From positions 124,001 to 188,000 of the forward strand of contig NGBS01000583.1 in NCBI GenBank assembly GCA_002245135.1: DNA of 64,000 nt, read 5' to 3'. This stretch comes from Proteromonas lacertae (taxonomy: Eukaryota). Of this stretch, positions 24,952 through 36,709 are shown piece by piece. Both the position numbers and the translations under genes were made by a program. Within the stretch, counting starts at the first letter, position 1. The number at the start of each line of letters is the position of its first letter. Below the pieces are notes generated by a model. It searched no databases. It had not been told where the DNA came from and saw only the letters and a list, made by a program, of their open reading frames with translations.

Positions 24952-26734
24952 ATGTTTTATTTTTTGTATTTACTTAGTTTTATTATCTTAGATTATTTGC
25001 ACAATTTATTCTGTATGCTGTGGCGATTGACAGTAAATTTGCAGGATCATGGTATCCTTCAAATCCTTCTGAGTTAAGAAACACTTTAGATAAATTACTT
25101 GAAGAAGTACAATATTTCTTATAAATAATAGAATTCACTTGAGATAAATGAAAAGATATTAGGCTTGATTGTACCTCATGCTGGCTATGTTTATTCAGCA
25201 AGTGTATTTATACTGTTATAATATATAACATATAATAGACTGCAGCTTCTGCATTTTCCGTTTTGAAGGGGAAACATTATGGAACAGTAGTTATGTTAGG
25301 ACCAAGTCACCGATATGCCTTTCATGGAATATCAGTGTTGGATGACACAATTTACAAAACTCCACTCGGTACAACCCCTATAAATGTAAATGCAGCGAAA
25401 TATATAAGAGATAAAACAAAATCAAAATATATAAGTCAAGCATTTTTGCAAGAACATTCATTGGAAGTTGAAATGCCATTTCTTCAACATATACTACAAA
25501 GTATCAATCTCTCTATAATAATAATTATAATTTAAAATAGATTTCACAGTAGTACCAATAGTAATAGGTAGTGTAACAATAGAAGAATGTGAATCATTAG
25601 CTTATGTTTTAACTAATTTATATAAACAATATAATGGAGATTGTATATAATAATATATTGTAATATTATTATTATTTAAATAGTATTAATATTAGTATCA
25701 TCTGATATGTCTCATTATTATCCCCAAAATATGGCAAAATCATACGATATGTCTACAAGAATGAATATATTAACTGGAAAAACACAAAATGTATATCAAT
25801 GTATGAATCAAAGACAATGTGAAGCATGTGGAATGTATCCTATTATGGTATTAATGATGTATTATGAATCATTTCAAGTAACTAATATTATTGATTGTAA
25901 ATATAGTGACTCTTGTATAAATATAACTGTCTTATTTATATTTATATTAGCTGATGTTACTGGTGATAAGAAAAGTGTTGTTGGATATTTATCTGTTGTA
26001 TTTGCACATAAAAGTAATACAGATGTTTTAATAGATGATAAATTGATATTTGGACATTATTGTATTGTTAATATTGTTATTTATTTTATAATTTAATAGT
26101 GAATTATCATACTGATATTTATATGACAATAACTACAAAAAGGGCATTTCAAAAGCTGGCATATAATGCGATAGAATCAAAATTATATAAGAAGAAAATG
26201 ACTGATTTTAGTATTGACTTAAGTAAAGATGCTCCAGTGTTATATGAACCACATTGTGTATTTGTTACTCTAAGAATTGATGGGCAATTAAGAGGGTGTA
26301 TGGGATGTTTTCAACCACCAGAAAATACAAATATTTATCAAATGATTCAAAAATATGCACTTGCAGCTGCTTTTGAAGATACAAGATTCTCACCTTTAAC
26401 TATTCCAGAATTATCTAAGATTCAAATTGAAATATCTATTCTTTCTCCTTTAGAAAAGATAAGTGGTAATGCTGTTGAAATTGCTAGTGATGGAAGTGTA
26501 AAACCTTCGTTTAAATCTTTGAAATATTATGAACCAATTATTCGTATTGGTACAGATGGTTTAATAGTAGTGAGTGCTGGACATTCTGGTGTATTTTTAC
26601 CAGAAGTTCCTACTGAATTTGACTGGGATTTAGAAGAGTATTTGAATGAACTATGTGGTAAAGGATCTCTTGATAAGGAATGTTGGAAATGGTCAACTAC
26701 TGATTTATATAGATTTACAACATATCACTTTTAA
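24952..26734 (+). CDS. MEMO1-AMMECR1 fusion (AmmeMemoRadiSam B-A type) with signal peptide
   Basis: Spliced model: MFYFLLFAQFILYAVA-IDSKFAGSWYP, VPHAGYVYS, LGPSH, EHSLEVEMPFLQ, SSDMSHY, VVGY, then CVFVTL..LRGCMG, AAFEDTRF, EISILSP, SGVFLPEVP. An intron ending at 26099 joins the halves in frame. Confidence 0.85.
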
Positions 26735-26821
26735 TAATATAAATTCATTCCTTGTTAATTTTTTATTTTTTCAGAATAGAATATCAAGCTTTTTTACAAA
26801 CTTTTTTTTTAATTAATCGAA

Positions 26822-28460
26822 ATGAGTGATATAGAAGAGTTAAATGGAATTGATGCTTATTTGAATCACAATAAATCATATCATGCTTTTGATTCAAAGG
26901 AAAAAGAGTTGTATTGGGAAGGATTATTGATTTGGTTTATGAAGAATCGAAGAAGATTACCTTGGAGAGGTGATACTCCACCATATTCAAATAGTATTTT
27001 AGAATCTAAAAAGCAAATGAACCCAAAACAACCTTCAATATCTTCATTTTTTGCACCAAAACCAAAGGCAGAAAGTCCATCCAAATCAATATCCGATACA
27101 CCATTGATAACAGATGAAACAAAACCATTAGCAGCTTCACCATATGGAATTTGGATTTCAGAAGTTATGCTTCAGCAAACAAGAGTTGAAACAGTTATAG
27201 ATTATTATATAAAATGGATGTCAAAGTTTCCAGATATTAAATCATTGTCAAAATCAACGGAAGAAGAAGTATGTAAATTATGGAGTGGATTAGGTTATTA
27301 TAACAGAGCTAAAAATCTATTGAAAGGAGCAAAATATATAGTAGAGAATTATGATGGAGTATTACCTGATAATGCAGATAAATTGATGAAAATACCAGGA
27401 ATTGGTAAATATACAGCTGGAGCAATATCATCAATTGCTTTTAATAGACCAGAACCTGTTGTTGATGGAAATGTTGAAAGAGTATTTATAATTATTATAT
27501 TTATTATTCATATAGATATTTACTAGATTGTTTTGCATATTAAGTTCTGTAGATAATAATATGTTACTACCATTTGTTTGGACATTAGCAAGTGAATTGA
27601 TGAATAGTAAAACTCCATCAATTTATAATCAAGTAAATCTCATTATTGCTTAATATAATATATAGGCTTTAATGGAATTTGGAGCTATTATATGTACACC
27701 CCAAAATCCTCAATGTTCAATATGTCCTTTAAATTCAATATGCAAAGCTAAGAAAATATCAACAATGGCAAAAACATTATCAATATCATTTTATACTTTT
27801 TTTATAATCAAGTATTTTTAACTTTAATACTGTGAAAATATTAAATGTGAAATATGCATGAAGGTATAATTAATATGATATTCTATGTATAATGATATAT
27901 AGAGAGATAAAATGTCAAATTTTACAACTCAAAGTCTTCCATTACCAAAAGAAAAACAAACAAAAATACAACAAACATATATCACAATTGTAGTATATTA
28001 TTAATTTATTATTCTATTTTTTATGTAGTTGAGTGACAAATCCAATTATCTTTTATCGCAAAGAACAGATTCAGGAATATTGAAAAATCAATGGGAATTC
28101 ATTAACATACTAGCTGAAGAAGATAAAAATGAGAAAGAAATAAAAGAGATAATAAATGAAACGCTAAAAGATTATATAAGTGATTATGAAAGTGATGAAT
28201 GGAGTTTCAAATATAAAGGCGAAGTGAAACACACTATAACAAATCATAATATAAAATATAAAGTGTATTATGTTGAAGTTGATGATTTAAAGAATATTAA
28301 ATTCACAGAAAAGAATTTGAAAGTCTATTCATCTGATGAAATGAATGATTTGTGTTTGACTTCAGCAATATCTAAGATCCTTAATGTTTTAGGAAAGAAT
28401 AAAATGAAAGAAAATCCAATTAAAGAGATTAAACATTCTAAAAAGATAAAAACTAGTTAA
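26822..28460 (+). CDS. MUTYH: A/G-specific adenine DNA glycosylase (MutY/MUTYH)
   Basis: RLPWR, ISEVMLQQT, WSGLGYYNRA, HhH IPGIGKYTAGAI, VDGNVER, [4Fe-4S] CTPQNPQCSICPLNSIC and a C-terminal NUDIX-like domain. Confidence 0.92.
27783..27830 (+). other. Putative AT-AC U12-type intron
   Basis: Donor ATATCATTTT, branch-like TTTTTAAC, acceptor TAATAC; 48 nt containing in-frame stops; removal yields S-CENIKCEIC. Confidence 0.7.
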
Positions 28461-28602
28461 TGTGATGTTTTCTTTTTAATATTAATTAGATTCGATTGAA
28501 TAATGATGATTTAAACCATTAAAAAAGTCAGTGTAGGCTTGATTCTCTTCGAGTTTAATTTTTCTTTTCTTTTGTTATTTATTCTATTTTCACACTAAAA
28601 AG

Positions 28603-30330
28603 ATGTCATATAAATCAAAAGCTCCTACAAAGGTATGGAATATTTGTAATTCACTAGAATCATATGTGGCAAACAGCGAGATCTTTTAGTCTTCGAAAAA
28701 CACTGCAAAATTTACAAGCATATAAAATATCAACAGGGCAAATAACAAGTAATGATATAGCATTATTAACTGAAAAATATAACTTTGATCCAGAGAAATT
28801 AAAAGGAGCAGTATATTACGATTTTATTATATGTTAAATTAGTCAATTGATAGTCAATTAGGTGAATTAACAAGAGTAATCACAAAAGGTTCAGAGTATA
28901 ACACATATTACACAAAGAAATGTACTAAAAGGAAACATAAAGATGTAGAAACAAAAGAAATGTCGCTGCATCCAAAATCAAAAAGTATAATAAAGATATC
29001 ATGTTTATTAAATAGTATTATTAACTGAAGAAAAAATAGAAGAATTAAGAAAAGAACAACATGAAAATCTATCTGAAAAATCAATACATAAAGAAACAGA
29101 AAATAAAGAAGAAGAAATGCAAAACGAAGAAGCAATAGAAGAAGAACAACAGAGTAAAGAAAATGAAGAAAATGAAAATGAAGAAGAAGAAGAAGAAGAT
29201 GATGATGAAGTAATAGAATATAGTAAAGATGCACCATTTGCAGTTCCAGGAGAACCAACTTGTGTAGTATGTGGCAAATCAGGTCAATATATAAACGATA
29301 TAACTAATGATTCAGTATGTAGTATTGAATGTAAAAAAGAGAATATCAAACAATTTGAACAAGATAAAAAAGAGGAAGAAGAAAAGAAAAAGAAAATAAA
29401 TCAAAATCCTGAATTAAAAGAGAATGAAATATTAGTAGATTCAGACGATATTAAAGGTGATAAATTGTACTTACCAGATACAGATACAAACCATTGGAAT
29501 AGGAAAAAGAATAGATATATGCAAAGAAATACTGCTTTAGATTGTAGAATAGTATTTAATATATTGTTTTAAACTGTTAAATAGTGTTGGAAATGTGGAT
29601 TACCTGGTCATTTACCAAATGATTGTACTTCTACAATGAATATACCAATTCAGAGCTTATCAGATCCATCAAAATTCATAGTAAAAACAGATTTAGATCA
29701 GAATAAATGTATTTATACAAAAGAACAAAGAGAATTATATCACAAATGTAAGAAAATACAATCAAATGTTAATAACTATGAATGTGTAAAATGTGCTAAT
29801 AAAAGTAATATTGTTTATTGTTTAGATTGTGATAGAGTATATTGTGATAGTAATTTTCACTTAATTAATCATTTATATGAAAATCCAAATCACAAAAGAC
29901 TTTATTCATTCAAACTACAGAGAGAAGTATGAAAATTTTTATTTATTATTATATTTTTAAATAGATAAAATGTTGTAAATCAACATGTAAAGTGGATAAT
30001 ATTTATAAGTTATTAGCTTGTGAAGAATGTATGGAAAAGAATTTTGAAAGATTTTATTCAATGTTTAATGCAACTTGGGATAGAAGAGGAATAAAATATA
30101 TTCCAAATGCAATTTGTTGTGATGAACATTTTCAATGGCATAGAATGAACTGCAGTAACCCGTGTAGTGAAGAGAATGGGTATATATTATCAAAAGAGAA
30201 GTTGAAGAACCATTATGACAAAAATCAAAGTGTATTTAATGCTGGGTTGAATAATAAAGGGACAGGGCAGTGGCGGGACAAGGGCATGTCCCGGGCAAAA
30301 ATTGAAAGGGGCGTCCTTTATACTATCTAA
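28603..30330 (+). CDS. Multi-zinc-finger protein (HIT-type, CCHC knuckle, further Cys/His clusters); C-terminus replaced by transposon sequence
   Basis: CVVCGKSGQYINDITNDSVCSIECKK, CWKCGLPGHLPNDC, CVKC..CLDCDRVYC..HL..H; short GT-AG introns. Confidence 0.75.
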
Positions 30331-32946
30331 AAATAGAAAAGGGTACAATTTGCCCTTTTCAATTATTTTATTTGAATTTTTATATTTTGTGCGATTTTAG
30401 GGATATTAAACGCTATAAAAATATTTATTCTTTTCATAATTATGTATTATTATCTTATAACAATAACAAACAATAATATTTCATTATAATAATAGCCTTA
30501 AAAGTAAGGGCTTTGAGATCCTTCATCACTAAAACCTTCATCACTAGAACTTTCATCACTTAAACCTTCATCGCTAGAACTACCAGAACTTTCATCTTCA
30601 TCACCAGAACATTGATAATCTAAAGTGTCATATACTATATTGTTATCAATTTCATTCAGCACATCTAAATTATATTCTTCTTCACTAATATCATTATCAT
30701 CTTCATTTATATCTTTTTCTTTGTTTTTTTCTTTTAATAAATCATATTTTATTCTTAAAATATTATTTATAGTATTAAGCTGTAATTTATTTCTAATATG
30801 ATTATGAACTATTCCCTCAATACTAAATGAACGTTCAATAAATGAGCTTGTGACAGGAATAGTTGAAAGAATATCATATAGCTTCTTAACATTTGGGTAA
30901 AAAACTCCATACATATTGTACCATATATTAGTTGATATCTTTTTCGAAAATATATCTGAAGGGCACTTTTTGCAGTATGGTTTTCTTCTTTCAAAATGAT
31001 AAATCTCATTTAATGCTTTCTGATTTAAAATAGGGCTGAATTTAGATAATATATATCTTTTTATATTATCCTTCTCCATGTCTGAAAATTTATGTTTACT
31101 GTTTATGTCTAAAAATTCATATAGAGCTAAAATGCTGTAGTTTGCATGTCTAGTCTCTTTTTTTATAATGTCTTTAATAAGTTCTTTTTCACTTGATGAC
31201 CTTTTCATTAACTTTCTTTTAATTTTGGTCAATATTCTGAAACCATCATTTAATGTAGATGAATCTTTGCATAATAAGTGTATATTTGTGGAAATATATT
31301 TTGCAATCTTGTAGCATTCTTTAATTTCTTGTATATCTTCTTCCTTTAATAATTTTATCTGTAATAAAATTTCTTTATTGAGTAATATTTTTCTAAATAC
31401 ATCGCTATAGCTTGACCATCTCGTATCACAACCCTTGCGTATTTGGATATTTTTTTGTATAATTGAATATATAGTTTCTCTAATCTTTTGATTATTATTT
31501 AACTTATGAATAATGTCATTACACATGACTATCACTTTTTTGTATTTCTCTATTTCGAATACTTTTTTACTGATTAAGTTTAGGATGTGTGCTAAACATC
31601 CAAACTTTACTACAGGTCTATTTATTTTTTTCTCTAAAATACTACTTATCTTTTTCATGGTGTAGTTGTTATCACTACTCACAGCAACAATGTTTTTAAT
31701 ATCTAGTTTATACTTCACTAATGTTTGAATTATTAATTCCACTATATTTTCTGATGTTTCTCGTTTATGTAAATAAATGGATTCCAAAAACGAAATATCA
31801 CTGCTTTTCTTTATTGCCAAATTAATAACGTTTTCATTGGTTACTGATTTCCAAGCGTCCACAATTATACATATTTTACTGTTATCTACAATTTCCTTTA
31901 CTATTCTTTCTGCTTCTTCGTTCATTGATGCTTTTATTTTGTTTATTGTTATTGACTTTGTAGTTGGATTTAATGTATATATTAGATTTTTAAAGGATTT
32001 AGATTGTATGGTTCTGAAAGCTAAGTTATTTTCTATAAGATATTTGGTCACCATTAAGTTTATTGCACGTTCATCATATCTCAATTATGTAAGTTTTGAT
32101 TGGATTAGCTTTTCACTACATCTAATTTAATAAATATAATAAATATATTTATACTTTTTGTAATGACGTTTCAAATTAGTGCAATGAGCAATAATCATTG
32201 CCTTGCACCTTCTGCATTGAATTCTGTTGTATTTTTCAAGGGGTTTCTTTAACACCACATCTTCATTAAAGTATCTATACACAGCATCTCTCGTTTTACC
32301 CATATACAATTGAAATGCAAAATGATAGCTCGAAATTCTCAAACCATTTTCTAAGTATTGAAATAATTGCTTGAAATACATTAAGTAGTATGCAAAATAT
32401 ACTAAATAGTAATTTTGAAATAGTTTTTCTATTAGTTTATGAAATATATTATGTTATTATCATAACAAGTACTATTGATTATCAATTAACTGAAAATACC
32501 CATTCTATAGCTATACTTCTTAATTATCTATATGATATATGTGTAATATACAAAATTATTTATTATATAAATTTCATTTATGTTCAGTGACGTCAATCAC
32601 CTTGAAATGTACATAATGTATATATATGCATATCAGAATATGATATACAGTATGTATATTCTATATAATTAGTATATATGCATAAACATATGATATTATA
32701 TAATCATAAGAAAAGTAGATGACTATTATGCTATAATACACAATAATATATCCTTTTTAACATATGTTAGTATATCTAGATGATAATATGGAAAAGTTAT
32801 AACAAAAAATCAGAAAAAATATACTACAGCATAACACATGGTAATATTACTATGCCCGAGCAGTAAGGGGCAGGCTTCTTTTCAGCTGAAAAAAAAGGGG
32901 CAAAAATAGGGCAAAATTCGAAAAGGACGCCCTTTATCGAACCCAG
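30242..32946 (-). mobile_element. hAT-superfamily DNA transposon, 2.7 kb
   Basis: 8-bp direct repeat ATTTAATG at 30234-30241 and 32947-32954; ends CTGGGTT...AACCCAG with imperfect extension (ATAAAGGG); GC-rich subterminal GGGCA repeats; internal transposase. Confidence 0.92.
30498..32303 (-). pseudogene. hAT transposase (BED finger, catalytic domain, dimerization domain) with one in-frame stop
   Basis: MGKTRDAVYRYF..CRRC..NLKRHYKKC; 33-nt intron 32122-32154; TAA at 32085-32087; then DAW, SDN, CLAH, TRWSS and ERSFS motifs. Confidence 0.8.
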
Positions 32947-33043
32947 ATTTAATGAAATTTTGTTTTAATTAATGTATATATGATTTTGTAATTAGATAAA
33001 AAATAATACTATGGTAGAAAAAATAATAAATTTGTTTTAATAA

Positions 33044-34829
33044 TTAAAACCATCCACTAAACCAACCACCTCCAGCATTGCTCTTACCATTATCTTCTTT
33101 CTTTGGTTCTTCTTTCCCACTTTTACTATTCTCACTCTTAACATTCTGTTTGTTATAATGAATAGTAGGCCATGTTAATTCCTCATAGGCAATATCAAAG
33201 AACATTGGTTTAGGTGGAATTGATTGTAATGGAGGTGGAAAATTATCTACGCTAGCGGCAATATTCACTCTAACACGATGTTCTTCAATTGACTTCAATA
33301 AATCTTTCATTTCATTATCATTAGGAAGTGAAGCAGCTAATTGTGAAGATAAATCGAACAGTGAGATTGACTTGCTTATATGATTATAATCAGAATAACT
33401 AATAACAAAATACATAAATATAATATAAAATATACTTTATTGCAGCATAATAAGCACGATAAGCTCTATATTTAATCTCTAACTCATCTGTATTTTTCAC
33501 GATTTCTTTATTACATTCATAGTCTTTTAATTCTCTTATATCATTGATAGCTTGTATTAAGTTATCATATATTCTTACATATTCCATAGTTTTAGTAGTT
33601 TTCTTATTCTTCATGTCTTTAACAATGTATAAATTTCTATCCATCTAAAAATATATAAATAAACAATATAAATACAATAATTTTAAGTTTTTCATATTTA
33701 AAATATGCTTCTAATCTCATACATTCTTCCTCTTTATCAGGTATAACATTCTTTTTAGCTTCTTTATTCTCATCTTCAATATACTGTATTATTTCATCAT
33801 ACTTTCTCAATATTCCATTCACAATATCCTGTATTTGTTCAACACTAATAATATCTTTATTATTCTTTATTCTATTAAACTCTTCATTCATTTCTTTCAA
33901 TTCATCCATTAAACTACATACCATTTGGTTCTTTATCATTATTTTATCATTTCCTTCAACATTATTCCATTCTATTGTCTTAAAATCATATTTTTGATTT
34001 GATCGAACTTCATCTTTCATTTTGGATAATAATGATTTCAATTGTTCTTGTCCTTCTAATGAACTTTCTGATAATTCATTCATTGCATCTTCACTTAATA
34101 AACCACCTCCAGTGACAAACCTCTGACAAGCTTGGATTAATGGATCAATCTTTACTTCTATTCTGTATTTGTACATATGAGTATTGTGCAATTCTTCTAC
34201 TGATGATAAATTAGTGTAAATTTCTTTGGAGGTAATGTAATTCTTTAATGCACCTTCGTAATCTTCTCTTTCCAATAAGTAATTACCTGTCATCCATGAT
34301 AAATAAGCTTCAGATTCTAATATTGTATAATTATCACATCGATCACGACATAAATCTCTTAGTCTTTCACCCCATTTTACTGCTTTTCCTAATCGAAGGA
34401 TTGTATGGAATCGTAAACGGCTTTTATTTTTATTTGCATCTTCCTAATAACAATAGACATATTAATATACTTGTTGCTGCTTTAGTTCCATAGCATAAGA
34501 CCATGCTCTTTCACAGTTGACTAAAGGAACTAGAAAATATCTCTTATCACTTATCAATCTTGAAGTAACTTCAGTTGTTGTGTAAGGTTTGTTTTTATGT
34601 TGACGAACACTTAATTTGAGCAAATGGCGAAGACGATTCAATCTATGAGTACAGTAAACTCTATATCTTTGATAGTTTTCTTGACGTAAACCGTTTTGCA
34701 TTTGATTGGAGTTTATTATTTCAAGAACTAATTAATAATACTACAATAAAATATACTGCTAAATTCAAATTTTGGAAGCTCACTTATTGGAATTTCAACT
34801 TCTTCAGTTTGCTCAGTTTTTTCTGCCAT
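33044..34829 (-). CDS. SRP68: Signal recognition particle subunit SRP68
   Basis: QNGLRQENYQRYRVYCTHRLNRLR, ERAWSYAMELK, FPPPLQSIPPKPMFFDIA and terminal GWFSGWF; four introns. Confidence 0.9.
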
Positions 34830-34905
34830 TAGAATTTCTCAATTTAAAAAAATTGATTTGACTTGATAAACTCAAGCTTATTTTCATTTTTCTTTTTTAC
34901 ATTCA

Positions 34906-36645
34906 ATGTCGTTAAACCAACCTGAAATAAAGGCAAGAACTTTGAATATCGGAAAAAGAGAAAGAATTTATCATGGGGATACAAATTTGCCTCAAAAGAT
35001 GAGATTTGTAGATGTAAGTCATATATTTTAAGATTATTTTTATAGTTCAATAAAGCTATATTCAAAGGCAATGCTTTAAAAGATGATATAATGAAAAGAG
35101 AAGAGGCTGTATATAATCGAAAATATTATCGTGTATAGAGAGAATTAAGAAGAAGATGTCCAACTTATGTATTTAATGTATGCTATTAATTATATAATAA
35201 CTATTTAATGATGAATAGGGAGATAAAGCATTTCATAATCCTTACACCCATTTTAATGACAGTAATATATCAATAAATGATATTTTGAAACATAAAAATG
35301 ACTATGCATATTATGATAAACATAGATTCGATATTCTTCAAGTTATTCCATATTGTTCTGATGAATATTTCATAAGAGAGGATAGTTTAAAGATAATTCA
35401 AACAAATCAGAACAAATATATGGATTTTATAATGTGTTGTTTGTCTTTTTTTGGATTAAGATTTGTTCAAGCAGGTGATGTATCAATTGATAATAGTAAA
35501 GAAAGAAAGGACATGTATCAAGATAGAATAAATCATTTATTCATGAAAACTATCATCTCTTCATTGCTTCTTTATAATCAACATCTATCAGTTGTTTTAT
35601 ATTCCTATTATGAAGAAAAAATGGAAGATGATGATGAATTGTATTTTATATTTATAGATTGAATAATGTTTATATTATTATAGTGATTATTCAAAACCAT
35701 TTCATTTGAGTTTATACCAGAGTAGCATTGATGATGATGAAATGGAAGAAGAAGAGAAAGAAAATGGGAATGATAATCCTGCTAATGAGAGTAAAAGTGA
35801 GAATAAAGATGGAAATAAAGATGAAAATGTTGTAAAAAAAGAAATAATAGCTGCAGAACAACATTATTCAATAGAATTTGCTAGTCATAAGGTATAAAAT
35901 GATTGGTATTTATAATTTTTAATAGTATGATTGTGTATTGTGTAAGAATAAACATATTTATGAGTCAAATATGATTGTATATAAAGTATCTACTCTACCA
36001 TCAATCATTAAAAGATTTCAATTAATTGAAGGTTTATCAAATGATGTATTAGGTGATATACAATACTTCTCTTCTCTTACTATTGAAGGATTTTGTAAAT
36101 GTATTTTAAATCTAAGTTTCCCAAAATGTTTAATGTTTTATTCATGCCATCATGAAATGAATTTGAGATGTACAATCAATGAACATATTGTGAATGAGAA
36201 TATGTTTCCAAGAGAATTAATTATAAGATATTTATATGGATTATTAGTACCAATCTATTACATGAATAGTTGCAATCCTCCATTAGTTCATCAGAATTTA
36301 AATCCAGATAATATTTACTTCATTAATTCTGCAAATAATAATTCAAGCATTATATTTCATATCTGTGGATATATAGAATCAAGATTATGTCCAAACAGAA
36401 TGGTTTCAAGATATGTAGCACCTGAGGTGAGAGAAGGAAAAGAAATCTTCTTAAATTGTGATGTTTATAGTGTAGCAATAATTATGTTAGAATTATTAGA
36501 TGGATGGATTAGTAATGGTCAAGTAGGATTTAATCAACAGACAATGGCGATGATTGGAGATTTGAAAGGGATATTTGATGTGATGATTTATCCAAATATG
36601 CAAAGACCATCTGCTGATAAGATTTTATCAATGCTACCTAAATAA
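34906..36645 (+). CDS. Protein with C-terminal pseudokinase-like domain
   Basis: PPLVHQNLNPDNI (HRD-type loop without Asp), no DFG, YVAPEV, DVYS, RPSA; five short introns link upstream exons. Confidence 0.65.
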
Positions 36646-36709
36646 AAAACAAATTAATTAAAATAAAATAAAATAAAATATATAAGCAATAACTATAGTT
36701 AATCTGTTT

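Noticed and set aside
25501..25540. GTATCAAT donors (also near 7564 on the minus strand) as further U12-type introns
   Set aside because: They lack the +7 T and a branch-like TTTAAY near the acceptor; ordinary GT-AG introns suffice.
32390..32860. Second gene or RNA inside the transposon
   Set aside because: AT-rich sequence with only a short featureless ORF.
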